A stretch of DNA of 63,389 nucleotides, filler included, from Choristocarpus tenellus KU-1152 (lineage: Eukaryota; Protista; Phaeophyceae): NCBI GenBank assembly GCA_964200185.2. It is 10 parts of 10 records of this genome, joined end to end, with 100 filler letters (N's around TTAATTAATTAA, not from the genome) between each part and the next. Parts side by side here need not be neighbours in the genome. Positions count along the whole stretch, not along the records: positions 25,442 to 29,595 come from CAXNAD020015944.1; positions 29,696 to 32,667 come from CAXNAD020023253.1; positions 32,768 to 37,347 come from CAXNAD020013926.1; positions 37,448 to 40,933 come from CAXNAD020019698.1; 6 more parts are not named here. One strand, given 5' to 3'. Below the pieces are notes generated by a model that saw only the letters and a program-made list of their open reading frames with translations, ran no database searches and was not told the origin of the DNA. The position numbers and the translations under genes are program-made. Shown piece by piece: positions 26,946 through 39,475 of the stretch (within the stretch, counting starts at the first letter, position 1; each line of letters opens with the position of its first letter).

Positions 26946-28000
26946 GGTGCTATTTTAAATTACACTCACGCACTCTTCTATTTCGCAACAATAGTACCAT
27001 TGAACTTGGCGGTAATTTGAACAGGAAGAGATGACGGTTGCTGTGCAACAGAACCATAAAAAAGAACAGCAAAGATGGTCTCTGGAAGGAAGGGGTTGAA
27101 AGGAAGCTTTTCCGTTCAGCCTCACTGCTGCAAAGGAAACCTCTGCTCCCTGCTGCGTGGAGATCACAGTGGCGGAAGATTCGGCCCACACACATCTAGA
27201 AGATTGGTATTAATGGTACTTCAAGTAGCATACTATAAAGGGGTATTGGTGGGGTGTCCACATACATTAGTCTTAAGAAACTTAACTACTCCGGGGTACT
27301 TGGGAGTACAGAACTTCATTTTTCGTACTAGGCACTGAAACAGAGAAGAGAGCAAAAAAAGAGACCAGCAGAAGTCAAAGCAGAGTCAAACGCACTATCA
27401 CAACTAAACACCCACAGCTAAAAGAAAAAGCCTCGTACAGGAAAAAACAACACCAAAAAAGGAGTAAAAAAACTCAATATTAACCTAGTGCAACAAGAAA
27501 ATCACAGGAACATACCGCCATCCCTCAAAACGACCACACTCAAAGCGCATGCAGGCATACATGCACACGCCCAATGCCACGCACACACAAAACACAAGAG
27601 AGGTATCCACACACAAAAAAAAAATGCCCGGCTCTACAGGCAGACTCCTCCCGCTAACCACCACCTAACTATTATGCTGCAGGCCCAAAGCATGCCCAAT
27701 CACAACTCTTCCACTGGCAGACTGAGTTCACTCACACAGTTATCAACCACACAACACAATCACGTATCCCTTCTTATATCTCAACCCCTCCTGTCTCTCT
27801 GTAACACACAAACACGCACACAGGAACAAGCCACTCACTCCCGCTCTCACTCCCTACAACCCCCCCCCCATAAACATCACATCCAAGGAAAAGGCTCATG
27901 CTCACTGGCTTCACCGTTTCGAAGAAAAAAATGATGTACAGAGGAAAGAGGCAGAGGAGGGAGGGGGGGGGCTATGTATGTCATACTAGGTCGTCTCTCT

Positions 28001-28037
<37 letters not shown>

Positions 28038-28082
28038 CTGTAAATACACATCACAAAATGCCTGTAAAACTCAAGGGAGACT

Positions 28083-29595
28083 CTATGCACCAGAGGGGGG
28101 GTGACCCTCACTAATGGAGCACATTATTTCTGGACCCGAATTATGCCCATGACTCTGTACTGATGTACTCCGATCATCCCAGCTACCTGGCGCCCAAGCT
28201 ACATTTCGAGGAGTCTGTTGAGCAGGGATAGGATAGGCTCCTTGGCTACCCACCCCGGCTCCCCATGCAACAGTTGCATCTTCAGGGCCTGGCTCTGGAC
28301 CGGCAGTTCCAGGCACCTGCAGTGAGGAAGTGTGTGAACGGTATGTCACACTACTGACTCCTGAACGCTGTGTTGGAGCAGGCCCCATGAATCCACCTGG
28401 CATCATTACCGCCTGCTGTGCAATACCTGAAGGCTGTGCCCTACCCGAATAGAACACGTGCCCTGAGGAGGATGCTGTTGCGGGAGAAACCTGCTGCTCC
28501 AAAGATAGAGGGGTTTAAAAAAGGAAAGGGTAATAATGGGCTGTAGGCTGGTGGAGCACAGGTCACACAGTGTCAAGAGGCAGCTCTGCCTTATGCAATT
28601 CAGAGGGGAAGAGGGGTGGGGTGGGAAAACGCCCTTGTACTTGGGCAACCTAGGTATGCACCGCTCTATACTTCGTGGGAGTGCCTGAGATTGGACCTTA
28701 GTTATAGTAGTACAAAGGTGACTCCCACATCTACACAGCGAAAACACTTTCAAGGTTGGGAATTTCGGGGATACATACTATAATCCCCCTTAGGAGCAAC
28801 AACATTGTGAAGGTGGTAACGTTTGCATCAGGCAAGGACTATGAGACAGGGGAGTGAGGTGCTGGTTGGGGACGAGAAGAGCAGGTACTGCAACAAATGA
28901 AAAATCTTCTCCCTCTCAGGTACTTTGGAGTACCTATTTATAACCCATAGTGTCAATGAACACGCTTATACAAGCTCTAACAACCTGCTACTGTGGAGTA
29001 TGGTAGATACCACTTCAGCACGAGACGGTAGCAATACAATAGACCTGGCAGCAAAAAAAAGAGCAGGTATTTCTTCTAGGAGACATGAAGCCATTATGGG
29101 ATAAGAAAACATGTACTACCATAAAAATGAACCCGTCATATATATCAACAAGAAGTCAAGAGCCGACACCTTATTTCTTATGCCAACACTATTCTACAAA
29201 GAATGTAAAAAATCAAAAACTCACTTCCAAATGCCCCCTAAACCGAATCTACCCTCCACCCTTCAACGAACATTGACAGGAAAACCGAAAAAAGATGAAA
29301 AATCCTTATCAAAACATTGAAAACAAGCACAATCAGTCCCCACTCACCATCTGACCATAGGTCTGAGGTGGGGTGCCAACAAAGTAAAAGTCAGAAGAAC
29401 CAGCACTTGCCCGCCTCCTTCGTGTTCTTGAGCTACTAGAATTTGTCCAGCAGGCCCCGCTCGAGGATGATGTCCCCCCAGCTCCACCAGGGCTTTCAAT
29501 CCTTATTGATCCACTAGAGTGCCCCCCTACCCCCCCTGCACCAGTATGCTGCCGCGATGATATGCCTGCCCCAAGATTGCCACACCCACTACTAC
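28083..29595 (-). CDS. 3' end of an unknown low-complexity Ser/Gly/Pro-rich protein; exons >29595-29348 and ~28496-28083
   Basis: Open frame ...SSDFYFVGTPPQTYGQM|gtgagt joins in phase 0 to QVSPATASSSG...PPSGA*. The acceptor has a pyrimidine tract. No recognisable domain. Confidence 0.55.
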
Positions 29596-29759
29596 NNNNN
29601 NNNNNNNNNNNNNNNNNNNNNNNNNNNNNNNNNNNNNNNTTAATTAATTAANNNNNNNNNNNNNNNNNNNNNNNNNNNNNNNNNNNNNNNNNNNNATTCA
29701 TTCGAGAAATCAACACAATTTTCGATCAACTCAAGCCTGTCCTCCCTCGCCCTTGCGCC

Positions 29760-30300
29760 TTGATGATAAAATATCCCCCGTCCCAGGAAACACGGACAAC
29801 GTCCATTTCTGGCGCTCAACAGGGAAATGTGATAGTTAAGGCTCTAGCACTGCGAATCCTGTACCTGTGTATGAATAACGGGAAAGACCGTCAAATAGCG
29901 CTCGAGAGGGCAGCAGGATATGCGATGATCTGGTCGGAAACTGTTAGTAGATGGGAGAGAGATTTCCTAACTAAGGGCCACAACAAGGTGTCAGAGCAAG
30001 GGCGCTATGAGAGGCCTTTCGTTCTGGGCCTCGACGAGGACATCCTGACGAGGTCAAAGAGTGGGTGCGCGAACACACAGCAAGAAAGAGTGGGGAGACT
30101 TTTTCCCGCGTAAAAACCCTATACTTTAATCAAGTAATAGTGCATCTGTTGCCCCTCTTGGTGATCTACAATCCAGGGTTCGAACCCCAATATGAGCGCT
30201 CTTTCTTCAAAAAAAGAAATATGACGAAATCAAACACGAAGCCCGTACTCTGGAGGGCCTTGTGACGGGCATCACGAATATGCTTTTGCTTTAATCCGAA
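29760..30300 (+). pseudogene. N-terminal remnant of a DDE-type transposase (HTH region)
   Basis: TVSRWERDFL...SEQGRYERPFVLGLDEDILTRSKEWVREHTARKSG (across a frameshift); pattern recalled from eukaryotic IS630/Tc1-related transposases. Confidence 0.45.
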
Positions 30301-30500
30301 GTCAACATCAAAAGTGATGATTGGACAACCCCAGAGGGCGAAGCTACTGGTACCAACCACTATAAGGTCAAAACCAAGAAAGGTATACAGTATTATTAGT
30401 GACTACAATGGATTTGGAGATCATACCTTCTCCAGTATTGTGGTTTTCAAATTGTATGAATTGGTCACGTATAGTGCACTATGATGAGGAGGATTGGTCA

Positions 30501-30758
30501 GAGCCAAAACATCTTAGAGGGTAGAGTCGCGTCCATTTGGGGACTGAAATCCAATGTTTCGATTTCGATGTAAGTTTGACCATCGTGTTTGTTAGGAAGT
30601 GTCAATATCCTTGTTCCGAAGACACATTTTCTTAACGTACACATTTTACCTACTCCGAGATATTTTGGAGTAGAAAAATATAATAAAACCACCGAAAGAA
30701 ACCAAGTCCCAAATGGACAAACAGGGAAAAACTCGTACCCTCTAAGATACTTTCACAC
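30501..30758 (+). mobile_element. MITE family A
   Basis: TIRs; TSD TCA. Confidence 0.88.
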
Positions 30759-32304
30759 TCACTCTGAACCATTTTCCAGTATTATTATGTTCTTCCCCCT
30801 CCACTCTCACGTATGGTATGTAGACGGAAGCAAATACTCAACACTGAGACGTTGTGATGGAAGACAAGACATACTAGTGCAAGTCAAGTCGACTGGTTGA
30901 CGTTGACTACTTGACTGACTGGTCATCTACATACCGCTTGTGTGGGAACATTATTTGCTGTATTTAGGGACCTGAGATTAAGAAAACATGGCACTTACTG
31001 GGTGCAAACTAGAAGAGGAGAAGACGAGGTGGCATATTGGAGAGGAGAGGGCGAGCGATCAAAATACACACACACACATGTCCTGTGGATTGGTGGAGAT
31101 TGTGAAACCTCAGCAACGGTACATATCACTGATATCATGAGTGATGCGAGGACCTCCACATCTTAAGGTACACTATGGCGACGTCCATTCTGCGACGTAT
31201 CGCCACAAGCTTATGAGTACGAATGGGTCCCATGTGCACAGTATCTCACTATGTTGAGCGCTCCGAGGGAGAAGGCAATGACTTGGTGGCACTAAGGTAC
31301 TTGGAGGAACTAACTCTGCTGTCGGTTCCGGTGCGGAAGGGGGGATGTGGCTGAAATTCGAAGATCCGCGGTCTGCAGGAGTAGAGGGGTCGTATTTCTT
31401 TCACACTGCTTCATATTCTGCCCTTTCTTTGGGACGTGTGGATCGCGCACTGCTTACCAGAAATGAATGTGCTTGGATGTTTTATAGAGTTGTGGCACCG
31501 AATATTGCACCCTTTGTCCTGTAATGTGCTACTTCTAACTGAAAAACCAACCGAGTGTGGCCCTGTAGGCTCGATTATTGCAACATGTGGCTCTCACTGG
31601 TTCCGTTGTTTTGGCTATTTTGTTGCCTTCGATGTTTCGATAAGAAGTCCTCGGCAGAGCACAATTAGCTGATGTACTCAATTGCTAGAGTGGTATCCAC
31701 GCTATGAACATAAGTTGTTCTAGGCATGGACCGGGGGGTCACAACATGGTGGCAATGCAACGGAATGGATAACTATTGTTTCTAACCTGTTCCATTTCGG
31801 ACGAGGAAAGAACTTGTTCGGGTGTCTATCTCCCACGCTTACTTGGTAATTAGGAGTACATTATGTCGCATATGCAGTAGACTTCTGCTGTGGTCCAAAT
31901 CCACCTAGTTGTACTGCCTCCGTATCCAAAGAATATTCCCACCCACTCTTTTGTGTAAAGGCTCCTTTCTTTGAATTGGGTGCTACTTTAGCAGTCACCA
32001 CTTTTCCAAAAACTTGACGGTTTCATGGATTTCCATACAGACTTCACAAATTATTGTATTTGTGTAACGGACTGGACTCAAAATCCTTACATAAAGTTGA
32101 TGAAGTTGTTTGGCTGTATGTTAACGAAACCTATGACATGTTCAAAACTTAAACCGTTTAATCACTCACATATCCACTAGCAGCCTAAACTCAATTTACT
32201 ACTCTGCCCACAATGAACGATAAGACATCTTGATATCACCCTCGCTTGGAATAAAGACAGTATGCCACGTTCTTTCTCCTGACTGCTTCAGTGGAAGGAA
32301 GACA

Positions 32305-32667
32305 ATGAAGCTAACATTTTTTGTTGGGTTGTTGGCCCTAGCCCTGTTGTCCCTACTTGTCGATTGCAACAGGGAAGACCATTTTCCCCCGTCAGACAAT
32401 GGGGAGGTGGAGATCGTAACAAGCGTGAATCTCACCTCTGCATGCGTGCGCCACCCAACGCTCGTGGTCATGCGCACGACTGCAGGTAATCCATTTCCCC
32501 CCGGAAAGGTGTTTGTGCCTGACTGGACGATGGATTCGCGATGTGTTGAGTTAAACCTGCCCGTCCACTCCTCCGCATACCACCCCCCACAGTTCTACCA
32601 ACAGAGCAACGCATCAAAGATGTTACTCGTTCCAGAGTCCTCCATTGAGGATATGACCACCGTTCTC
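32305..32667 (+). CDS. Unknown secreted protein, 5' part (truncated by contig end)
   Basis: MKLTFFVGLLALALLSLLVDC signal-peptide-like start; frame stays open to the contig end. Confidence 0.6.
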
Positions 32668-33347
32668 NNNNNNNNNNNNNNNNNNNNNNNNNNNNNNNNN
32701 NNNNNNNNNNNTTAATTAATTAANNNNNNNNNNNNNNNNNNNNNNNNNNNNNNNNNNNNNNNNNNNNCCCCTCCCCCCCAGATACTTTGACCCACGAGAA
32801 ATGATTGGTACTCCACCTGAATGTGGGTTCCTCATCTCCATGGGATTACAAAAAAATAGAAACCCAAAGCAAACCCCTCTACTTCCATGTTGTTAATACA
32901 TTTCAATCCTCAAGAATAAGGATGGACAGTTCCTAGAGGTAACCTGCTCCACAGTTTCGTGTAGGGCCGTCCAGAACTCCTCCTTATCCTCTCTCTGGCT
33001 TAATCAGTGCATATATAACTAAACGTATGAGTTGCTCTTATGAATTTGTATAATATTACTCACGTGGGCAACTGAAACATTGGGGGGGTGGATGAGAGGG
33101 GGGGGGGAGACAGCAGGCAGAATTTCCCCCTCAACCCCGGAACTCCTGACTCATTAGGGGATGACGAGAATGTTACCAGTGGACATTGCTATATCTACTG
33201 TTTCTATAGGGAAGTGGTTCGCTTCCTCAACCCTATTGGTTCCTTTGTAAGGACATGTCCAGTCAAATCCAAAGAAAGGTAGATCAAAGAATTGTGATAT
33301 CTTCACCTCAACACAAATTGTAACTTCAAGTTTATGTATGCACCAAT

Positions 33348-33861
33348 GAGCCAAAGTATCTTAGAGAGCAAAACCGCATCCATTTGGGGATCAAAATCCA
33401 ATCTTGTGATTTTGATGAAATTTTAGCTATCGTGTTAGGAAGTGTCAATATTACGTTTCGGACACACCTTTGAGTGAAAGTATCTTAGAGGGTACGAGTT
33501 TACCCTGTTTGTCCATTTGGGGCTTGGCTTCCCATGAGGTTATTATGATATTTTTCCTACTCAAAAATGTTTCGGAGTAGGTAGTATGTATATGTTATGA
33601 AATGGTGTGTCCGGAACAAGGATACTGACACTTCCTAACAAATGCGACGGATAAAATTACGTGGAAATTGCAACATTGGATTTCGGCCCCCGAATGGACG
33701 CGACCCTACCCTCTAAGATATTTTGACTTTTTTCACAACGTAAACATTTCACCAACTCCTAAAAATTTCGGAGTAGGAAAATGTCACAAAAACCCCATGG
33801 GAAGCCAAGCCCCAAATGGACAAACAAGGTAAACCTTGCACCCTCTAAGATACTTTCACTC
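33348..33861 (+). mobile_element. MITE family A (outer copy of nested pair)
   Basis: TIRs; TSD AAT; split by the inner copy. Confidence 0.92.
33472..33729 (-). mobile_element. MITE family A (inner, inverted copy)
   Basis: Full-length reverse copy; TSD TTT inside GACACACCTTTTCA of the outer copy. Confidence 0.92.
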
Positions 33862-34612
33862 AATGCCCTATAACCACAATTCAGCTTGCAACAGTGCTCT
33901 GACCTCAAATTTCAAGTTATTCAGTCGAATTTGTATCACATGTGGGTCACTCCAGCTTCAGGAATTGGATTAAATTTAGGGCATCATTGGCATGTTTGTT
34001 GTCATGCAACCGCATCGTCTTGATTAGTACCCCCCGCTTTCTCAACCTGCTGCCACGGACCTCTACAGTACAACAGTGAACCGGTACAACAGTGAACAGT
34101 ATGTTAAAAGAATTCTGAAACTCAGGTATTGATACCTCAGGGATACAGGACATCAATGGATTGTAGACTCATAGCAAGGCAACCCATGGTTAAGCATCTA
34201 GGATAAGCATCGCAAGATCCTTTGCTGCCAAGCCAGCGTCCTATCACACCCTGAACCTCATCATGGAAAGGTCTTGCCTTCAACAGTACTATGCGTCAAC
34301 TCCACAAAGTTGGAGTGGCGCACCTATTACTTTGTCTCTTTGCTTATGTCCTTGCCCTGCCCTAGTTGGAGACCTATCATCCTACTCATACATCATTGGT
34401 AGAGACTCTCGTCAAGATCTACGTTCCCACAACCGTTTAGAGTTCTGTTTGATCGTGTCCATGATGATAATATATTCTAGACATATGACGTCATGCGTTA
34501 CCCAAGTGGTGCTCTGTGGCGCAGTCTGTGGCGAAGTCTCCTCCAATCCTGTAAGACTTGTACTACCTCCTCCCACCTGAATGGTGCTGCGCACAGTCTT
34601 TTCTGTTGGCAG

Positions 34613-37105
34613 AGGCCGCCTCGCCGTGGCATTCCAAGAGGGTACTGTCGTGGAGGTGGGCTGTCCAGATCACAGGTCAGCGCATTCGGCTTGTTGGTAA
34701 CATTGACTGAGTCTTGGAGCTATCGTTCTGGACTAAGTGTGACCAATCGATTTCTTATTTGACCCTCACACTAGGCATCCTCCTGAAATACCATTCGCTC
34801 TTCTCATCCCTTTCTTTTGTTCTCCGTGTTGATACTATTCAGTAGGAAGCCCGTGGTTACCTTGTTTGACGAGGGAAATGCATCAGAGGCCATCGACCTA
34901 TCCTACTCTGAAGATGCTTCCCTACTGGGCTTAGCAACAGAAGATAGGCGAATCGCCATTTGGAAGGTTGGAGTGGAAGGTACCAGCCCCAATGGTGAGG
35001 AGGTGGCACTAATTGGCTCTCGTGAGGTCCCCAAGAAACCTACAAGGATCCGATTCGGCGAAGTTGGGCAGAAGGACGTGAGAGTGAAAAGTTTTTGAAA
35101 GTTGAATGAAGTAGACAAGGCAGAGATCCGAGATCTAGCCATGCTTCGCGCTCGACGTTGGTACCATTTCTTGTCAAAGGGTTGCTTGCTACGTTATCGA
35201 ATGACAATGAATCCCGAGGTTAACTCACCAAGAAAGACCTCTCCTAACGCAGTCCACTATAACTCACCCCTCACTACCAACAACGTTCTGCTTACACGTT
35301 CGGACGAAGGGCAGGTGATTTTGATTTCAGACAAGCGTGGCTATGTGTATGCTGCCCCATTGCCAAACCCAGCCGCAGGACTTGCGCACCTATTGGGGCA
35401 CACATCTATGACTATTACCACCATGGAGTTGCTTGGGGGTGGGGGTCTATTAGCTACAGGAGATAGGGTAGAGCACATACGTGTGTCTGAGGTAAGTTCA
35501 TCAAGCACCTTGTGGATCTATCCTGATGTCATGGTTTTGTAGAAGGGCCATGTCTAGAGGGATGTGATGACATTTCTGTCAAGTAGCAATCTGCTGGGAA
35601 TCCATGTGTCTCCTCCATCACAGGTATTGCTAATGTAGATCGATTGCTGATGGCTAGAACCATACTATCGATAGTATGGTGTATGTTGACATGGTATGAT
35701 ATGTGGCCGAGATTCTGATTCTCGTGGCGTAAATAACCCCCTATCAACCACTGTTGGAGAATGAACGGTGAATCCAAATGCTTAAGGCCACATCTTCTGC
35801 ATCTCTGTGCTAATGAAACCTTGCCAAACAGTTTCCCCGCACAAGTATAGTCCACTCGTATCTCCTTGGACACACGGATTTTGTATCAGCGTTGGCAACA
35901 GTGCCAGGACATGATTCCCTCTTGCTCTCTGGAGGCGCAGATGGCATGATTGGCCTGTGGGACGTTCACACAGGGACTAGGTATAGACAGTGGCACAAGG
36001 CTGGGGGTCTTTGAGATTTGTATGAGGTTACACATGTTTCGCTCCAGTTTTCATATACAATAGGAGCTGAAGATTCACTCACACATAACACTTTGAAGTA
36101 CTCCCATGGATCTCTTCGTACGCACATAAGGATACGGTATTGAATGCCGTGACAAACTACCTTGGTTCACCTCAGGGCTATAGAAGTATTGGGGCAGCCC
36201 TCTTGCTGCTGGAGTATAATGCCCGGACTTCTCATCAATTCTATACACTTACCTGAACATTTTCTTGTTGCACTTGGCAGGTTATCATGGATAGGGGTGC
36301 AAAGGGCATGTTTAGACCTTGCTGGTCATGAACACAAAGAGGATGACGGTGATAGAGGTGATGGAGGGGAATCAGTACCTGTCCCAGCACCGGGCAGTGC
36401 TGGCAAAGAGGGTGTAGAGGAAGACTGCAGCTTGAGTGAGCAGGCTGATGCAATGAGGGAGGAGGAGGAGGAGGAGGAGGAGGAGGAGGAGGAGGAGGAG
36501 GAGGGGGGGATGCCAAATAGTATTGCATGTAGCCATGATGGCCAAATTGTTGCTGTGGCCGTCAGTGGGTGAGCAATTGGATTGGATGTGGTAGTGCATG
36601 TTGTGATGTGGGCATAAGGATGAGTGAGCAGGGTTGTGATTATATTTGCGGGGTGGTACATGTTTGACTGTGGTATGTTATATCGTTCTGGATTTTTTTC
36701 TTTGGTAGAGTAGCCCTCTTTTTTTCGGTGCTTGTTTTAAGAGTTTTATGACCAAGGGGGAAGGGAAAGGGGTATCCTTGAAGTTCCTTGTGAGAAATGT
36801 AGTCTAAGGTCTGTCCAATACCTTTCTTAAACAGACCCCCAACAAAGGTTGCTACTATCCTGGCTATGCCCTGTCGCGCCAAAATCTACAACATAATGAG
36901 CTTAACCTCAGCCAACAACCTCCTAACTGTTCCTCAGGCTTGCCGGGCTGCTGATGTTAAGGTTAACACTTCCAAATAGTATGGGTTGTGGAGAGGAGCA
37001 AAAAGCCTTTCTGTCACCCCTGGCACGCCTACAGCTTGATGCTGTGCCCCTTCAGGCTGGATTTTTGGGGACTGAGGATTTGGTTATTGCGTTGCCATCA
37101 CCAAT
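34613..37105 (+). CDS. WDR4: WD40 protein, tRNA m7G46 methyltransferase non-catalytic subunit (partial); exons 34613-34675, 34843-35077, 35315-35491, 35832-35980, 36281-36568, 36938-~37105
   Basis: In-frame GT-AG joins. Trm82/WDR4 motifs VPKKPT, ISDKRGYVY, LLGHTSM, TGDRVEHIRVSEFP, YLLGHTDFVS, LLSGGADG.IGLWD. Start and end not resolved. Confidence 0.85.
36459..36503 (+). repeat. (GAG)15 coding microsatellite, poly-Glu in WDR4
   Basis: Lies inside exon 36281-36568 in frame. Confidence 0.85.
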
Positions 37106-37509
37106 GTGTGTGTATATGCACATACTAGAGCATCTGTATTTACCCTTCCTCACCCCTACCTGTGCTTTTTGCCGTTAGCCCTTGGAGTGTTGTCTGGTGT
37201 TGTGGATGAATTGGGTTTGTACAAGCGTGAAACTGTTTGGATTTGGTTTCGAGTTTTTAGTTGCGGGGTCAGGGTCAGTTGTATTGGGTTAGGGTTAGGG
37301 GGTCAAAGTATCTGGGGGGGGGGGGGGGGGCGGGGCGTGGGGGGGCGNNNNNNNNNNNNNNNNNNNNNNNNNNNNNNNNNNNNNNNNNNNNTTAATTAAT
37401 TAANNNNNNNNNNNNNNNNNNNNNNNNNNNNNNNNNNNNNNNNNNNNGTATAACGGTATATGGCATACGGCAATACGGTATAATAACAGACAAACATGCT
37501 TTCCACACA

Positions 37510-37651
37510 GATCACTGGTTAAGCGCCACTCTACTGTGCCTGCCAACGCCTGAAAGTAAAAAGTTTCAGCTGGTCCTTGAAGAAATTTCGGTAAAAATTC
37601 TACACATCGAGCGTTGATTGTCTCAGGGGATGCGGTACCATACTGCCTAGA
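37510..37651 (-). mobile_element. Fragment of a second copy of the same gypsy gag
   Basis: Aligns by eye to ~61925-62033 plus 62218-62250; reads RQYGTASPETINARCVEFLPKFLQGPAETFYFQALAGTVEW in one frame. Confidence 0.8.
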
Positions 37652-39475
37652 GGATCAATGGTAGTCACGAAAGAAATTTTAATCAACCATCAACGAACGT
37701 ACAACTGTCATATTTTGCTGATAAGAAGAAAGAGTGAAAGAAAAACAAACAACAGAACAAAATTGAACCAATATGTGACGCAACTCAAGTGATGTATACT
37801 ATACTATACTATTTGTGTGGAACGCAGAGCGACTGCTCTGTACTAAGGTGTTCTGATTGTAGTTGTGGTGATGACGAACTAGTGAAAGTAATGTTCAGAA
37901 TGTAACAGACCAATCAACAGTCAGTTTTGACTGGTGGAACTGTATCGTATCAAGGAACAAACAGATGAGTGGCCTATGTTTTAACTCTCTATTCCTGCTT
38001 TCCCAAGGTGGCAGAGACTGTGGAGCAGTGCTCAGACATGGTTCAAGATCCAACCACGTTTGTGTGGTAATGCTTTCAATGCATCTTCTCTCAGTGTCAG
38101 TATCACGGGCCCGTCATCCGTTCTCCCGATTTGGTTTTGCTGCTGCGCCACACTACTCGCACTTTCTCGTCACCTTACATCACACTGAGTGTCACACGGT
38201 ACTTGCTTTTCTGTCGCCTCTCGACACAGAAGGTTCCGAGGGTAGATCCAGGGGGCAGAGTGACCTCGGCTCTCCTTGTCTCACAGTCGTGGTTTATGTT
38301 GCTATGTAAGTCACGCGTGTGTGTGCTCACAGAAACTCTGCAAAATGCATTTAAAAGATGTCCCGAAATCTTGGGGGGGGGTTTCGGTATCACCACACCA
38401 TTCAAACTTGGGCAGCGACTTACCCTTGACCAGTTCTTTGCAGGGAGTTCAGCCAGTCACTTCATTTTCATCCGTTTTAAAGTCGTAACCTTCAAAATTA
38501 CGCCTGAGATATTCCCTCGCGTTTTTGCCATTCTTTGATCGGGATATAGCTCCCGTTCCCCGAAGCCTGGACATTCGTGCATACAAACCTTCAAAAGCTC
38601 TTGACATAAGCTTTCATTTTATATATATTGTTGTATAGCTGTGTTGGAGTTCTACGATTGTCACAGAGGGCAAAGCTACTGGTACTGCTTTAGTAGGTGT
38701 CCTGTTAAGAGGGAATCATGATATGTCTATGTGTAGAGTTAATGATCAAAACCGACTGATGCACGACATGCAGCATGTATGTATGCATGTACCGTGGGTG
38801 TATCTATATAACAGAGGTCGATATTAGAGAATACGGGATATAAGAGAGGGTAAATTACCCTGTCACGACTTTTAAGGCTATAAGAGAGGTTTAGGAGCTT
38901 TCTTCCCAATTCTCTCTTATATCGAGCAAACTCGCATTTTATTTCACTACTTGACCGATTGGTTTCCCAATAACCCATGTCTAAGGCTAAGCAAAATATA
39001 AAGAAGTAAGGCACAAAGCTGCTCGACACCAACAGTACACAGCATAGCAGTCTTTTGTCTCTCAGTACTGCACAGTACAGTACATAAAGTATATCACATC
39101 AAGTTTATAGGACTGAATTGTACAGATATAATAATGCCTTGCGCAGCGGGATCCAGCTGAAATATGTAGGGTAATACTCCTGGTCCACCACACCATACAT
39201 AAATGTCGCGTTGGTAGCAGCTATCTTCATGACATTTACGGTGTCATGGATCCTTTCGGCGCCAGTGAAATGAAACGCGTGTGCAAATGTGCGTGAGCCC
39301 CACCAGATGCAAGGCTTCGAGTTCTCCAGCCGGTGACAACACTGTGTTAAAGCACCACATAACAAGAACAAGGGCAAGGGGAAGGTGCTGCCAAATAAAT
39401 ATAAACAGAAAGGCATTCTACAAGCCTTGCCGTGCCGACAACGTAAATGCTTGAGCTTTGCAGAGAAGGTGGAAG

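Noticed and set aside
30498-30900. Similar short ORFs (TLDFxPQMxA, NHPKI motifs) as a protein family
   Set aside because: They are chance translations of MITE A and B copies.
36241-36661. Poly-Pro, poly-Ser and poly-Leu ORFs on minus strand
   Set aside because: Antisense readings of the WDR4 (GAG)n tract.
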